From Balneolaceae bacterium (lineage in GTDB: Bacteria; Bacteroidota; Rhodothermia; Balneolales; Balneolaceae), in contig JBBAEC010000004.1 in NCBI GenBank assembly GCA_041656135.1, positions 53,460 through 117,459 on the forward strand: a DNA stretch of 64,000 bases, read 5' to 3'. The position numbers and the translations under genes are program-made. This document shows positions 28,137-37,101 of this stretch, piece after piece. Within the stretch, counting starts at the first letter, position 1; every line of letters begins with the position of its first letter. Below the pieces are notes generated by a model. That model had not been told where the DNA came from. It made no database searches and was given only the letters and a program-made list of their open reading frames with translations.

Positions 28137-29390
28137 ATGAAACGGAACTATTTCATTGTTGGCCTAATATTACTGGTTTTCTTTGTTATTTCATTTTTGA
28201 CCAATATATTAGGCGCCCTTAACCCAGCAGTAACAAAAAGTTTTGCCCTTTCTAACACCATGGTTAGCTTTCTTCCACTTGCATTTTTTATTGCATACGG
28301 GGTAATGTCTATACCAGCAGGTTTTATGGTAGAAAAATGGGGCGGAAAAAGAATGATGGTACTAGCATTTATGCTAGCTTTTGTTGGTGCAATGTTATTT
28401 GTTCTGTTTCCAAGCTTCAATGTATTCCTCATCTCACTATTTACAATTGGTGCAGGAATGGCTGCACTACAAGTTGTGATAAACCCTCTTCTAAGAGTTT
28501 CTGGTGGGGAAGCAAACTTTGCTTTTAACTCAGTTGTAGCTCAACTCATATTTGGTTTAGCTTCTTTTCTAAGTCCACTCATGTTTTCATATTTAGCAAT
28601 AAATATTGAGCAGGGCAACGTAGATAAACCATTTATTGGCTTGATGACAGGCCTTGTGCCAGAGTCTATGCCTTGGTTGTCTGTTTACTGGGTGTTTGCT
28701 TTAATAGTTCTAATAATGGTTGTTGTAATTGCTGTAACTAAATTTCCTGCAATTACTCTACAAGACGACGAAAAAGCTGGATCTAAAGCTAGTTATCTAG
28801 AGCTATTTAAAAACAAATATGTAATTCTCTACTTCCTTGGCATCTTTGCCTATGTAGGAACTGAGCAAGGCATCTCCTTTTGGATGTCTGGTTTTTTAAG
28901 TGAATATCATGGAATTGACCCAAGTAGTGCAGGTGCAAAAGCAGTTGCTAATTTCTGGGGATTAATGACTGTTGGTGCCGTATTTGGGCTAATAGCCATG
29001 AAGCTATTTGACAGTAAGAAAGTGTTAAGATGGTTTACCCTAGCCTCAATGGTTTCGGTTTTAGCAGGACTATTTGGCGGAGCAGGAGTAGCAATTTGGG
29101 CGTTTTCAATTTCTGGATTCTTCCTTTCAGTAATGTATCCTTCAATTGTATCACTAGGCTTAAATTCGGTTGAAAAACATCATGGTTCTTTCGCAGGAAT
29201 TCTAATGACTGGTATTGCGGGTGGTGCTGTGGTTCAGCTTCTAATAGGTGGGCTAAGCGATATCTTCACTCTAAAAATTGGAATGATGTTCATCTTTGTG
29301 ACTTTAGGATATATCCTGAGTATTAGTTTCTGGGCAAAACCATTAATTAGCAATAAAACGATAGACTTCGGCAAAAAATCTGAAGCCTGA
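28137..29390 (+). CDS. MFS sugar permease, FucP/GluP (glucose-galactose/fucose:H+ symporter) family
   Basis: 12-TM profile. The N-terminus FFVISFLTNILGALNPAVTKSFALSNTMVSFLPLAFFIAYGVMSIPAG matches the FucP-family signature pattern. Confidence 0.8.
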   Translation: MKRNYFIVGLILLVFFVISFLTNILGALNPAVTKSFALSNTMVSFLPLAFFIAYGVMSIPAGFMVEKWGGKRMMVLAFMLAFVGAMLFVLFPSFNVFLISLFTIGAGMAALQVVINPLLRVSGGEANFAFNSVVAQLIFGLASFLSPLMFSYLAINIEQGNVDKPFIGLMTGLVPESMPWLSVYWVFALIVLIMVVVIAVTKFPAITLQDDEKAGSKASYLELFKNKYVILYFLGIFAYVGTEQGISFWMSGFLSEYHGIDPSSAGAKAVANFWGLMTVGAVFGLIAMKLFDSKKVLRWFTLASMVSVLAGLFGGAGVAIWAFSISGFFLSVMYPSIVSLGLNSVEKHHGSFAGILMTGIAGGAVVQLLIGGLSDIFTLKIGMMFIFVTLGYILSISFWAKPLISNKTIDFGKKSEA

Positions 29391-29425
29391 GAAATTTAAA
29401 ATTGATAGACGGTTAAACTAAGTAA

Positions 29426-30286
29426 TTGAAAAAAAGAAATCTTATAGGTATAGATTTAGGCGCAACGAATGTGAGAGTTGCGAGAGTTCTAAACCAAGAA
29501 ATCGAATCAATTTCATCGCAACCCATCATTCAGAATGAAGACCATACCAAGCTTTTAAAACAAATTATTAGCTTGATAGAAAAGGAAATAACACCAGAGG
29601 TTTCTGCTATTGGAGTGGGTGTACCCAGTGTGGTAGATGTTGAGAAAGGGATAGTGTACGATGTGCAAAATATCCCTTCTTGGAAAATGGTACCACTAAA
29701 GGACATCTTAGAAGAGCGATTTAACGTTCCCGTTTATATAAACAACGACGCTAATTGTTTTGCCCTTGGCGAGAAATATTTTGGTAAAGCCCAGAACTAC
29801 AACTCTGTAGTAGGGCTTATTATTGGAACCGGATTTGGTTCAGGCTTAATTATGAATGGGAAATTATTTTCTGGGGCTAACTGTGGCGCTGGGGAAGTAG
29901 GAATGTTGCCCTATAAAGATTCCATCTTTGAACATTACTGTTCAGGTCAGTTTTTTGAAATCCATAAAAATACTGACGGTTTAACCGCATATAGTAAAGC
30001 CCTAGAAGGTGATAAAGAAGCTCTTGAAATGTACAAGGAGTTCGGTACCCACGTAGGCAACGGTATAAAAGCGGTAATGTATGCTTTTGATCCCGAAATA
30101 ATAGTATTAGGTGGCAGTGCAAGTAAAGCTCTTGCTTTATTTGAGCCACAAATGCGTGAGGCAATGTCTGATTTTGCCTACACACAATCATTAGAGAAAG
30201 TTAAAATAAGTGTCTCAGAGCTAGACCAAGTGGCCATTTTAGGTGCTGCAGCTCTTGCTCTAGACCAACAAATTCCAACTAAATAG
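29426..30286 (+). CDS. ROK family sugar kinase (no HTH domain; candidate GlcN/GlcNAc/glucose kinase)
   Basis: TTG start. ATP-binding motif GIDLGATNVRVA, plus NDANCFALGE and GAGEVGML. At 286 aa it lacks a repressor N-domain. The CxCGxxGC zinc motif is not evident. Confidence 0.8.
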   Translation: MKKRNLIGIDLGATNVRVARVLNQEIESISSQPIIQNEDHTKLLKQIISLIEKEITPEVSAIGVGVPSVVDVEKGIVYDVQNIPSWKMVPLKDILEERFNVPVYINNDANCFALGEKYFGKAQNYNSVVGLIIGTGFGSGLIMNGKLFSGANCGAGEVGMLPYKDSIFEHYCSGQFFEIHKNTDGLTAYSKALEGDKEALEMYKEFGTHVGNGIKAVMYAFDPEIIVLGGSASKALALFEPQMREAMSDFAYTQSLEKVKISVSELDQVAILGAAALALDQQIPTK

Positions 30287-30296
30287 GAAATATGTA

Positions 30297-32984
30297 ATGT
30301 ATAAACACATCGCACAACGCATGAAACTTAGTTTGTTAGTCGTTGGATTATTAGGAATACTGATTGGCTGCGGAAATAGTGGAACTAGCACTTTAGTTCC
30401 CATTACGGTAGAAAATAATACACCGGGTACCCCACAAGTTTTTGGTATTCCAATACCGAAAGGTGAATTATTCTCTCCAGATCATGTACGCGTATTATCT
30501 TCAAGCGGCAAAGAAATTCCTTCACAAATTACAAAAGTAAGTACCTGGGCACCTGCCGATAATAGCCTTAAATGGATTTGGGTATTTTTCTTTACCGAAG
30601 AAGGAACCGACTATAAAGTTGAGTACGGTAATTCAATAACTAATGGCCGTAATTACGATCAAGTTCTTACCGTTCGTAATAACCAAAGAGAAACAGGTGA
30701 AGTTGAAGTTGATACCGGACCTCTTAGGTTTATGGTTAAGAAAGGTGAAGGTGGTGGCTTTTTTAATGCCCCAGCTGGTAGTGGCTTTTTAGATAAAGTA
30801 GAACTAGATATTGATGGCAATGGTTTTGATGAATCAGATGTTATTGCAACAGGTGAGCCTGGCCGTAGTTCATTTTTAGATTTGCTAGATGATGCGGGTT
30901 TAGATCGCTCTAAAGCTGTTGTTACTCGTACACTAAAAGAGCTTGGAAGTGGCCCTTTACATGCAATTATTAGAGTAGAAGGCGATTATCATTATAACAG
31001 AAAAGACAATAATTCTGCGCCTTTTGTAACTAGAATTCATGCTTATGCAGGCAAAAGTTTTATTAAAGTACAGCATACCTTTGTTTATACTGGAGAGCCA
31101 GATCATCATAAAAAACAAGATGGCGAGTACGCTGTTATTGCCACTAAAAATGGCAAGTTAATTGATGAAAGTGTACTATCTAAAGACCCAGGTTTTACAA
31201 AACCTAATGATAGAATTGCTGCTTTAGGACTCTCTTTAAATTATAACATGGCTAAAGAAAAGACTATTACCACAGCTTATTATGATGGTAAATGGTGGAA
31301 TGAAGATGGCAGTAAAGTTGTGCAGTCACCATTAAAAGGTAATGCTTCGGTACTACAAACAGGGCCAAATCCATCACAAATACCACCGTTAGCAAATTCA
31401 TCGCCTGATGAGAGATTAGACGGAGTGTTTACATCTACTGTATCGGTTGGCGGTAGCAAAGATATTAATGCAGAACGTGCGCCAGGTTGGTTAGATATAT
31501 CTGACAATAAATGGGGCGTAACTGTTGGTTTTAAGAGTTTCTTCGAAGAATATCCTAAAGAAATTAAAGTAGATGACGAAGCTAATAAGCTTACTGCTTA
31601 CATCTGGACTCCTTCAGTAGAGCCATTGAGCTTTGCTAAAAAGGATAACAAGAATGATAGTGGAATGATTGCGAATTTTGCGCAAGGAGTAGCTAAAACA
31701 ACTGAGATGGTATTTAGTTTCCATAAGAAAAGCACTAACGAGCAGATTGAAAAAACAGCTCTGAGCTTTATGAAAGCGCCTGTTACTCATGCCGAGCCAG
31801 AATGGTATACTAAAAGTGAAGCATTTGGTAAAATGATGGCACGTACAGATAAATATGCTACTTACGAGCGTGGATTAGACTACAAATTTAAGTGGATGAA
31901 GTTTAACCAAAGTTGGGAGCCTTGGTATGGTATGCTTAATTATGGCGATAATTTAACGTATTACTATAATTATAACTGGTCTCAGTGGACGAACAACGAG
32001 CCTGGTAACGATTACATGTGGTGGTTACAGTACATTAGAACTGGTAATCCTAAATTTCACAGAATGGCACAAGCAGCTAGTATGCACACTATGGATGTTG
32101 ATAATATCCATTGGCCGAAAGATTACCACTACATTGGTGGTGAAAACGAATCTATTTTAGCTTTCCAAGCAGAAGAACTTCCAAAAGGTTCACCTTATGT
32201 TGGTATGGGACGTCGCCATGCAGACCAACACTTTACATCGTTGCTTAGCGCACACGTTTGGGTACCAGGTTGGATTAGCTCATACTACATAGATGCTAAC
32301 CACAGAGGCTTAGAAGTAGCTAAAGAAACAGGTGATTATTACGTTCGAAGAGTATTTGGCGATCATGGTTTACGTGGGCGTAGATTATACTTGTCCGTTT
32401 GGAACCTTGCTGAAATTTATGACGCAACCAAATTGCCTAAGTATGGCGATGAGTTAAAAGAACGTGTTGACCTAATGCTCGAGCTTCAAAATCACCCAGA
32501 TCAAGGCGGTGAAGTTGTGATAAACCGCTATGGCTACTCTCAAGTATATGTGGCTAATGGATTAAGAAAATATTACCAGCTTACTGGTGATGAAAATATT
32601 AAAACAGCAGTAGTAGATAACGCTCGCCGTTTAAGAGATAATCCTGGTCTTGATCATCAGATGGAATCATACTTATCATCTATTAGTAGTATGGTACTTG
32701 GTTACGAATATTCTGGCGAAAAAAGCTTACTTGACGAAGCTGTTAAAAGAGCAAAATATCTTAAGACTGATAAATTAGCTCAAGAATTTGATTCCTATGA
32801 GAACCAAAGAATTCTAGCGGATGCTCTAGAAGAAGCGAGTAATTTCCCAGGTGATCCGGGTGCACGTCGCCCACCAATTTGGCAAATAACAAATGGCTTA
32901 AGAGTATTTGGATGGACCAGCATCTATAACGTACCTTACCTAGAATACTGGATGAACGAAGCAAACTATCCAGCTGATAAATAA
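30297..32984 (+). CDS. large lipoprotein of unknown family; candidate glycan-active enzyme of the PUL
   Basis: Lipobox LLGILIGCGNSG (Cys25); the start could also be the ATG at 30321. The 895-aa ORF runs uninterrupted. The C-terminal half is aromatic/His-rich (WEPWYGMLNYGDNLTYYYNYNWSQWTNNEPGNDYMWWLQYIRTGNPKFH; GMGRRHADQHFTSLLSAHVWVPGW). I recognise no named catalytic motif. Confidence 0.8.
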   Translation: MYKHIAQRMKLSLLVVGLLGILIGCGNSGTSTLVPITVENNTPGTPQVFGIPIPKGELFSPDHVRVLSSSGKEIPSQITKVSTWAPADNSLKWIWVFFFTEEGTDYKVEYGNSITNGRNYDQVLTVRNNQRETGEVEVDTGPLRFMVKKGEGGGFFNAPAGSGFLDKVELDIDGNGFDESDVIATGEPGRSSFLDLLDDAGLDRSKAVVTRTLKELGSGPLHAIIRVEGDYHYNRKDNNSAPFVTRIHAYAGKSFIKVQHTFVYTGEPDHHKKQDGEYAVIATKNGKLIDESVLSKDPGFTKPNDRIAALGLSLNYNMAKEKTITTAYYDGKWWNEDGSKVVQSPLKGNASVLQTGPNPSQIPPLANSSPDERLDGVFTSTVSVGGSKDINAERAPGWLDISDNKWGVTVGFKSFFEEYPKEIKVDDEANKLTAYIWTPSVEPLSFAKKDNKNDSGMIANFAQGVAKTTEMVFSFHKKSTNEQIEKTALSFMKAPVTHAEPEWYTKSEAFGKMMARTDKYATYERGLDYKFKWMKFNQSWEPWYGMLNYGDNLTYYYNYNWSQWTNNEPGNDYMWWLQYIRTGNPKFHRMAQAASMHTMDVDNIHWPKDYHYIGGENESILAFQAEELPKGSPYVGMGRRHADQHFTSLLSAHVWVPGWISSYYIDANHRGLEVAKETGDYYVRRVFGDHGLRGRRLYLSVWNLAEIYDATKLPKYGDELKERVDLMLELQNHPDQGGEVVINRYGYSQVYVANGLRKYYQLTGDENIKTAVVDNARRLRDNPGLDHQMESYLSSISSMVLGYEYSGEKSLLDEAVKRAKYLKTDKLAQEFDSYENQRILADALEEASNFPGDPGARRPPIWQITNGLRVFGWTSIYNVPYLEYWMNEANYPADK

Positions 32985-33002
32985 TTAATAAGAAATAAAT
33001 GT

Positions 33003-34469
33003 ATGCTACCTTTTAGAGGACGCTTAGGCTTTTTTGCAGGACTAATAGTATTTATAATAATGTTATTCATTCCTGCGCCTGAGGGCCTTTCTGATGCAGC
33101 ATGGAAAACAGCTGCGGTTACAATATTAATGGGAATTTGGTGGATCACAGAAGCCATTCCTATTGCTGTAACAGCGCTTGTTCCCATTATTTTATTTCCA
33201 ACTTTAGGTGTTTTTAGTATAGGTGCTGCAACTGCGCCCTATGCTAATCCACTTATTTTTCTATTCTTGGGTGGTTTTGTTATAGCCATAGCCATGGAGA
33301 AATGGAACCTCCATAAACGGATTGCAATTAGCATTGTAAGTTTTGTAGGTATAAAACCCTCCTCCATTATCATAGGGTTTATGATAGCCGCTGCATTTCT
33401 AAGCATGTGGGTTAGTAACACTGCTACCGCTATTATGATGCTACCAATAGCTATGTCTATTCTCGATCTAATTGAAAGAGAAGAAGGTGAAAGCAAAATT
33501 AATTTCGAAATAGTACTCATTCTAAGTATTGCTTACGCTTGTAATATTGGAGGGATGGGGACTCTTATAGGGACACCACCAAACGCTTTACTTGCTGGTT
33601 TTGTACTAGAAAACTATGGAATCGAAATTTCATTTTTTGACTGGATGAAAGTTGGTGTACCTATTGTTCTAGTTTCATTACCACTGATGTACATTTTGCT
33701 TACTAAAGTTGTATATCCAATTAAACTGAAAGTTTTACCAGGTGGCGAAGATCTTATAAGAAATCAACTTAAAGAATTAGGTAAAATATCAAACCAAGAA
33801 AAAAAGGTAGCGTTTGTATTTATCTCAGCTGCGCTGATGTGGATATTTAGACCACTTATAGCAGACCTAATACCAGGGCTTTCAGACGCAGGTATTGCTA
33901 TTGGCGCAGCAGCATTATTCTTTATGATTCCAGCCGATAAGATTGATAATTCGGCTTTACTAGTATGGTCTGATACTGTAAAACTACCATGGGGTGTTCT
34001 CTTATTATTTGGTGGAGGCTTAAGCATGGCATCTGCTATTAGTGGCACAGGCTTAGCCAGTTGGATTGGCACTGGAATTGGAGCTTTAAATACCTGGCCA
34101 ATCTTACTCATTATTGTAATTGTTATTACACTTATTGTCTTTTTAACTGAAATGACAAGTAATACTGCTTCAACCGCTGCATTCTTGCCTATATTGGCTT
34201 CTGTAGCAATTGGTTTAGGCGAGAATCCTTTATTATTTGCAATCCCCGTAGTATTTGGTGCAAGCTGCGCATTTATGCTACCTGTGGCAACACCGCCCAA
34301 TGCTATTGTGTACGGAAGTGGAAAGATTACGATACCTGAAATGTCGAAAGCTGGTCTATGGCTAAACCTTACGTTCATTTTAGTACTAACTGTAGCCTCA
34401 TACACCATCATTAGTTGGGTATTCGGTATAGAACTCGGCGTACTACCAGATTGGGCACTTAAAAATTAG
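33003..34469 (+). CDS. DASS/SLC13 family sodium-coupled anion (di/tricarboxylate or sulfate) symporter
   Basis: Polytopic membrane protein with the two hairpin SNT motifs (WVSNTATAIMMLPI and TSNTASTAAFLPI) and PPNA repeats (GTPPNAL, ATPPNAIV). Confidence 0.85.
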   Translation: MLPFRGRLGFFAGLIVFIIMLFIPAPEGLSDAAWKTAAVTILMGIWWITEAIPIAVTALVPIILFPTLGVFSIGAATAPYANPLIFLFLGGFVIAIAMEKWNLHKRIAISIVSFVGIKPSSIIIGFMIAAAFLSMWVSNTATAIMMLPIAMSILDLIEREEGESKINFEIVLILSIAYACNIGGMGTLIGTPPNALLAGFVLENYGIEISFFDWMKVGVPIVLVSLPLMYILLTKVVYPIKLKVLPGGEDLIRNQLKELGKISNQEKKVAFVFISAALMWIFRPLIADLIPGLSDAGIAIGAAALFFMIPADKIDNSALLVWSDTVKLPWGVLLLFGGGLSMASAISGTGLASWIGTGIGALNTWPILLIIVIVITLIVFLTEMTSNTASTAAFLPILASVAIGLGENPLLFAIPVVFGASCAFMLPVATPPNAIVYGSGKITIPEMSKAGLWLNLTFILVLTVASYTIISWVFGIELGVLPDWALKN

Positions 34470-34547
34470 CTTTGAGCTTTGAGGGCTGAGATGTTGTCAA
34501 TTCTGAATTAACTTGACCATTAGTTCAAATTATTCGTCTGTCCATTT

Positions 34548-34770
34548 ATATCGGGGTAAACAGATTAAGAATATGTATCGGTGGGCAGGATTTTTTTATA
34601 AATAATGTATTTAAATCCACCGAAATTACGGCTAAATTTATTTTAGGAACCCCAAAACAATCAATTTCTGAAATTGTGAGTTCGTAAGCCCTCCCTCTGA
34701 AATCAAACAAATCCCAATACTTCGGGAAAGACACAAGTAGTAAGACACGAGAAACTAATAATTTTCTTAA
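34548..34770. repeat. intergenic repeats: family A copy 3 (minus orientation, truncated) followed by family B copy (+)
   Basis: The reverse complement of 34548-34690 aligns to the family A core (aaaataaat..gccg.aatttcggtggattt ... cccaccgat ... ctgtttaccccga). 34693-34750, ccctctgaaatcaaacaaatcccaatacttcgggaaagacac, matches 11267-11320. Confidence 0.65.
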
Positions 34771-34812
34771 AACTCATTCTAGAATCTTAAATCTTATATC
34801 TTAAGTCTAGTT

Positions 34813-35559
34813 TTATTCCTTGAGTAGTGGATTAATAAGCCTAAAACTTTCCACACCCACATTAAACAGTAAATCCAAAACAGAACAATTCGGTTCAAAT
34901 CCTGGGTAGGCTTGCCTATAGGTGGGATGTTCTTTTAATGCCTGCTCAGCCTTAGAGCTTTGGCGCTGATAATTTTTAGATTGATGCTCTAAATACAGCG
35001 TTTCATAACCCAAATTCTTTAAACACTCGTCAGGGAAAGTGCTATATCCCTCTACATTACTAGCCAACTCAAATTGGATATCAATTTCTAAATAGGTCAA
35101 TATCCGCTTGAAAAAATAAAGATTGAAATCGAGTAATGTTTCAAACTCATACGCCATTTCAATATCGTGGCGAATCTCATCCGCGTAATAATCGAAGTAA
35201 GTGGCATCATTGTAGTTATAAGCCAAAGTATTCCAAAAAAGTTTAAACCATCGTTGGGTTGAATCTAAACGAACATCTTTGGTAGCTTTTTTACGATCTT
35301 CACTTAGAATAGGTAGGTTTAGCCATTGCGTACCATCCTCAGCACGAACCTCAATTCGGTGCGTTCTGCCCTTGCGCGACCATTTCTCAACATCAAGCAA
35401 TATAACTCGATCTGCTTTAAGCATTGAAACAAGGTCAAATAAATTGGGGGCGAATTGTGGGGTTATAAGTGCTAAAGCCAATACAGAATTATATAGAATA
35501 AGGGTTGGAATTAATTCATAACTGTAACTTAACAAAATACATAATTCAAAATTCAGCAA
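34813..35559 (-). CDS. WbqC-like family protein
   Basis: LITPQFAPNLFDLVSMLKADRVILLDVEKWSRKGRTHRIEVR...QWLNLPI matches the WbqC-like pattern (QP.y.PW.gYF.li...D.fv.lD.vq...). The true start is probably the internal TTG at 35481 (MALALITPQ). Confidence 0.65.
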   Translation of the reverse strand: MLNFELCILLSYSYELIPTLILYNSVLALALITPQFAPNLFDLVSMLKADRVILLDVEKWSRKGRTHRIEVRAEDGTQWLNLPILSEDRKKATKDVRLDSTQRWFKLFWNTLAYNYNDATYFDYYADEIRHDIEMAYEFETLLDFNLYFFKRILTYLEIDIQFELASNVEGYSTFPDECLKNLGYETLYLEHQSKNYQRQSSKAEQALKEHPTYRQAYPGFEPNCSVLDLLFNVGVESFRLINPLLKE

Positions 35560-35614
35560 TTAAAATTTCTTATATTTCCCTCTTAGTTAATTTGCAACCA
35601 CATAAAGAATAAAC

Positions 35615-37096
35615 ATGAGCGTTCGCGTACGTTTTGCTCCTTCTCCCACAGGATTTTTACACATTGGCGGTCTCCGCACAGCCCTTTATAATTATTTATT
35701 TGCCAGACACCATGGTGGTACTTTCATACTTCGTATAGAAGATACCGACCAAAGTAGATACGTAGAGGCAGCTGAACAAGATATTATCGACTCGCTAGAA
35801 TGGGCGGGTATGACCATAGATGAAGGTCCAAATAAGCCTGGTAAAGTAGGCCCATATCGCCAAAGTGAGCGTAAAGGAATGTACCTAGATTATGCTAAAA
35901 TGCTAGTTGAAAGCGATAATGCTTATTACGCATTCGACACGCCAGAAGAAATTGACGAAATGCGGGAGCGATTAAAAGCATCTGGAAATCCTTCTCCAAG
36001 CTATGATTCAATCACCCGACAGTCTATGAAAAACAGCCTAACTCTACCTAAAGAGGAGACCGAACGCAGACTTAAAGCAGGTGATGATTATGTGATTCGA
36101 TTAAAAGTACCCCGCAGAGAAACGGTTAGATTTGAAGATATTATTAGAGGGGTGGTTTCCTTCGAAACAGCAGGCTTAGACGATCAAGTACTGATGAAAT
36201 CAGACGGGATGCCAACCTACCACCTTGCAAACGTAGTGGATGACCATACCATGGAAATAACGCATGTAATTAGAGGGGAAGAGTGGTTGAGCTCTACGCC
36301 CAAGCATTTGCTACTCTATAAAGCTTTTGGTTGGGAGCCGCCAGTAATGGCGCATTTGCCGCTAATAATGTCGCCAAGTGGGGGGAAACTATCTAAACGA
36401 AAAGCAGAAAGTGAAGGAATTCCAATAAACACCAAAGATTATATTACTGGTAATTATGAGCCAGAGGCATTAATTAACTTTTTGGCGTATTTAGGTTGGA
36501 GTCCTGGTGATGATTCAGAAATTCATAGCATTGAAGAAATGTGTAAGCTCTTTACACTGGAGCGAGTGAGCAAAGGTGGGGCAGTGTTCAATTATAAAAA
36601 GTTGATGTGGTACAACGAGCATTACATCCGTGCAATGTCTACTGAGGAGTTATTGCCAAGAGTGAAAGCATCAGCCAAAGCTACTGGTTTAGATATTAAA
36701 AGTGATGAATACCTTTCAAAAGTAATTGAGCTTGTACACGAACGAGTTTCAAAAATTGACGAATTCGTAAGCATGGGAAGTTTCTTTTTTGAAGCACCAA
36801 AAAAATACGATGAAAATGCGGTTAAGAAATGGAAAGAAGATAGTGCACCATTACTGAATGCATTTAAAGCGAAAGTCGAAAATTTCACAGAAACTGAATT
36901 TATAGCTGCAACGCTTAAATCTGCCTTAGAAGAAACGGTAGCTGAGCACGAAGTTGGCTTTGGTAAGTTGATGATGCCGCTTAGAATTGCAGTTACAGGG
37001 CAAGGTTTTGGGCCTGATTTGTTTGCCTCATTAGAAATGATTGGCAAAGAGGAAGTCTTCTCAAGAATTGACATAGCAATAAATAAATTAGGGTAA
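35615..37096 (+). CDS. gltX: glutamate--tRNA ligase
   Basis: RFAPSPTGFLHIGGLRTALYN (HIGH motif), KLSKR (KMSKS motif) and the class I GluRS layout. Confidence 0.95.
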   Translation: MSVRVRFAPSPTGFLHIGGLRTALYNYLFARHHGGTFILRIEDTDQSRYVEAAEQDIIDSLEWAGMTIDEGPNKPGKVGPYRQSERKGMYLDYAKMLVESDNAYYAFDTPEEIDEMRERLKASGNPSPSYDSITRQSMKNSLTLPKEETERRLKAGDDYVIRLKVPRRETVRFEDIIRGVVSFETAGLDDQVLMKSDGMPTYHLANVVDDHTMEITHVIRGEEWLSSTPKHLLLYKAFGWEPPVMAHLPLIMSPSGGKLSKRKAESEGIPINTKDYITGNYEPEALINFLAYLGWSPGDDSEIHSIEEMCKLFTLERVSKGGAVFNYKKLMWYNEHYIRAMSTEELLPRVKASAKATGLDIKSDEYLSKVIELVHERVSKIDEFVSMGSFFFEAPKKYDENAVKKWKEDSAPLLNAFKAKVENFTETEFIAATLKSALEETVAEHEVGFGKLMMPLRIAVTGQGFGPDLFASLEMIGKEEVFSRIDIAINKLG

Positions 37097-37101
37097 TAGA
37101 T

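Noticed and set aside
33764-34411. 215-aa minus-strand ORF
   Set aside because: It lies entirely antisense within the DASS transporter gene, whose SNT/PPNA motifs clearly mark the + frame as real. Its composition is the mirror of a hydrophobic membrane protein. It is treated as a shadow ORF.
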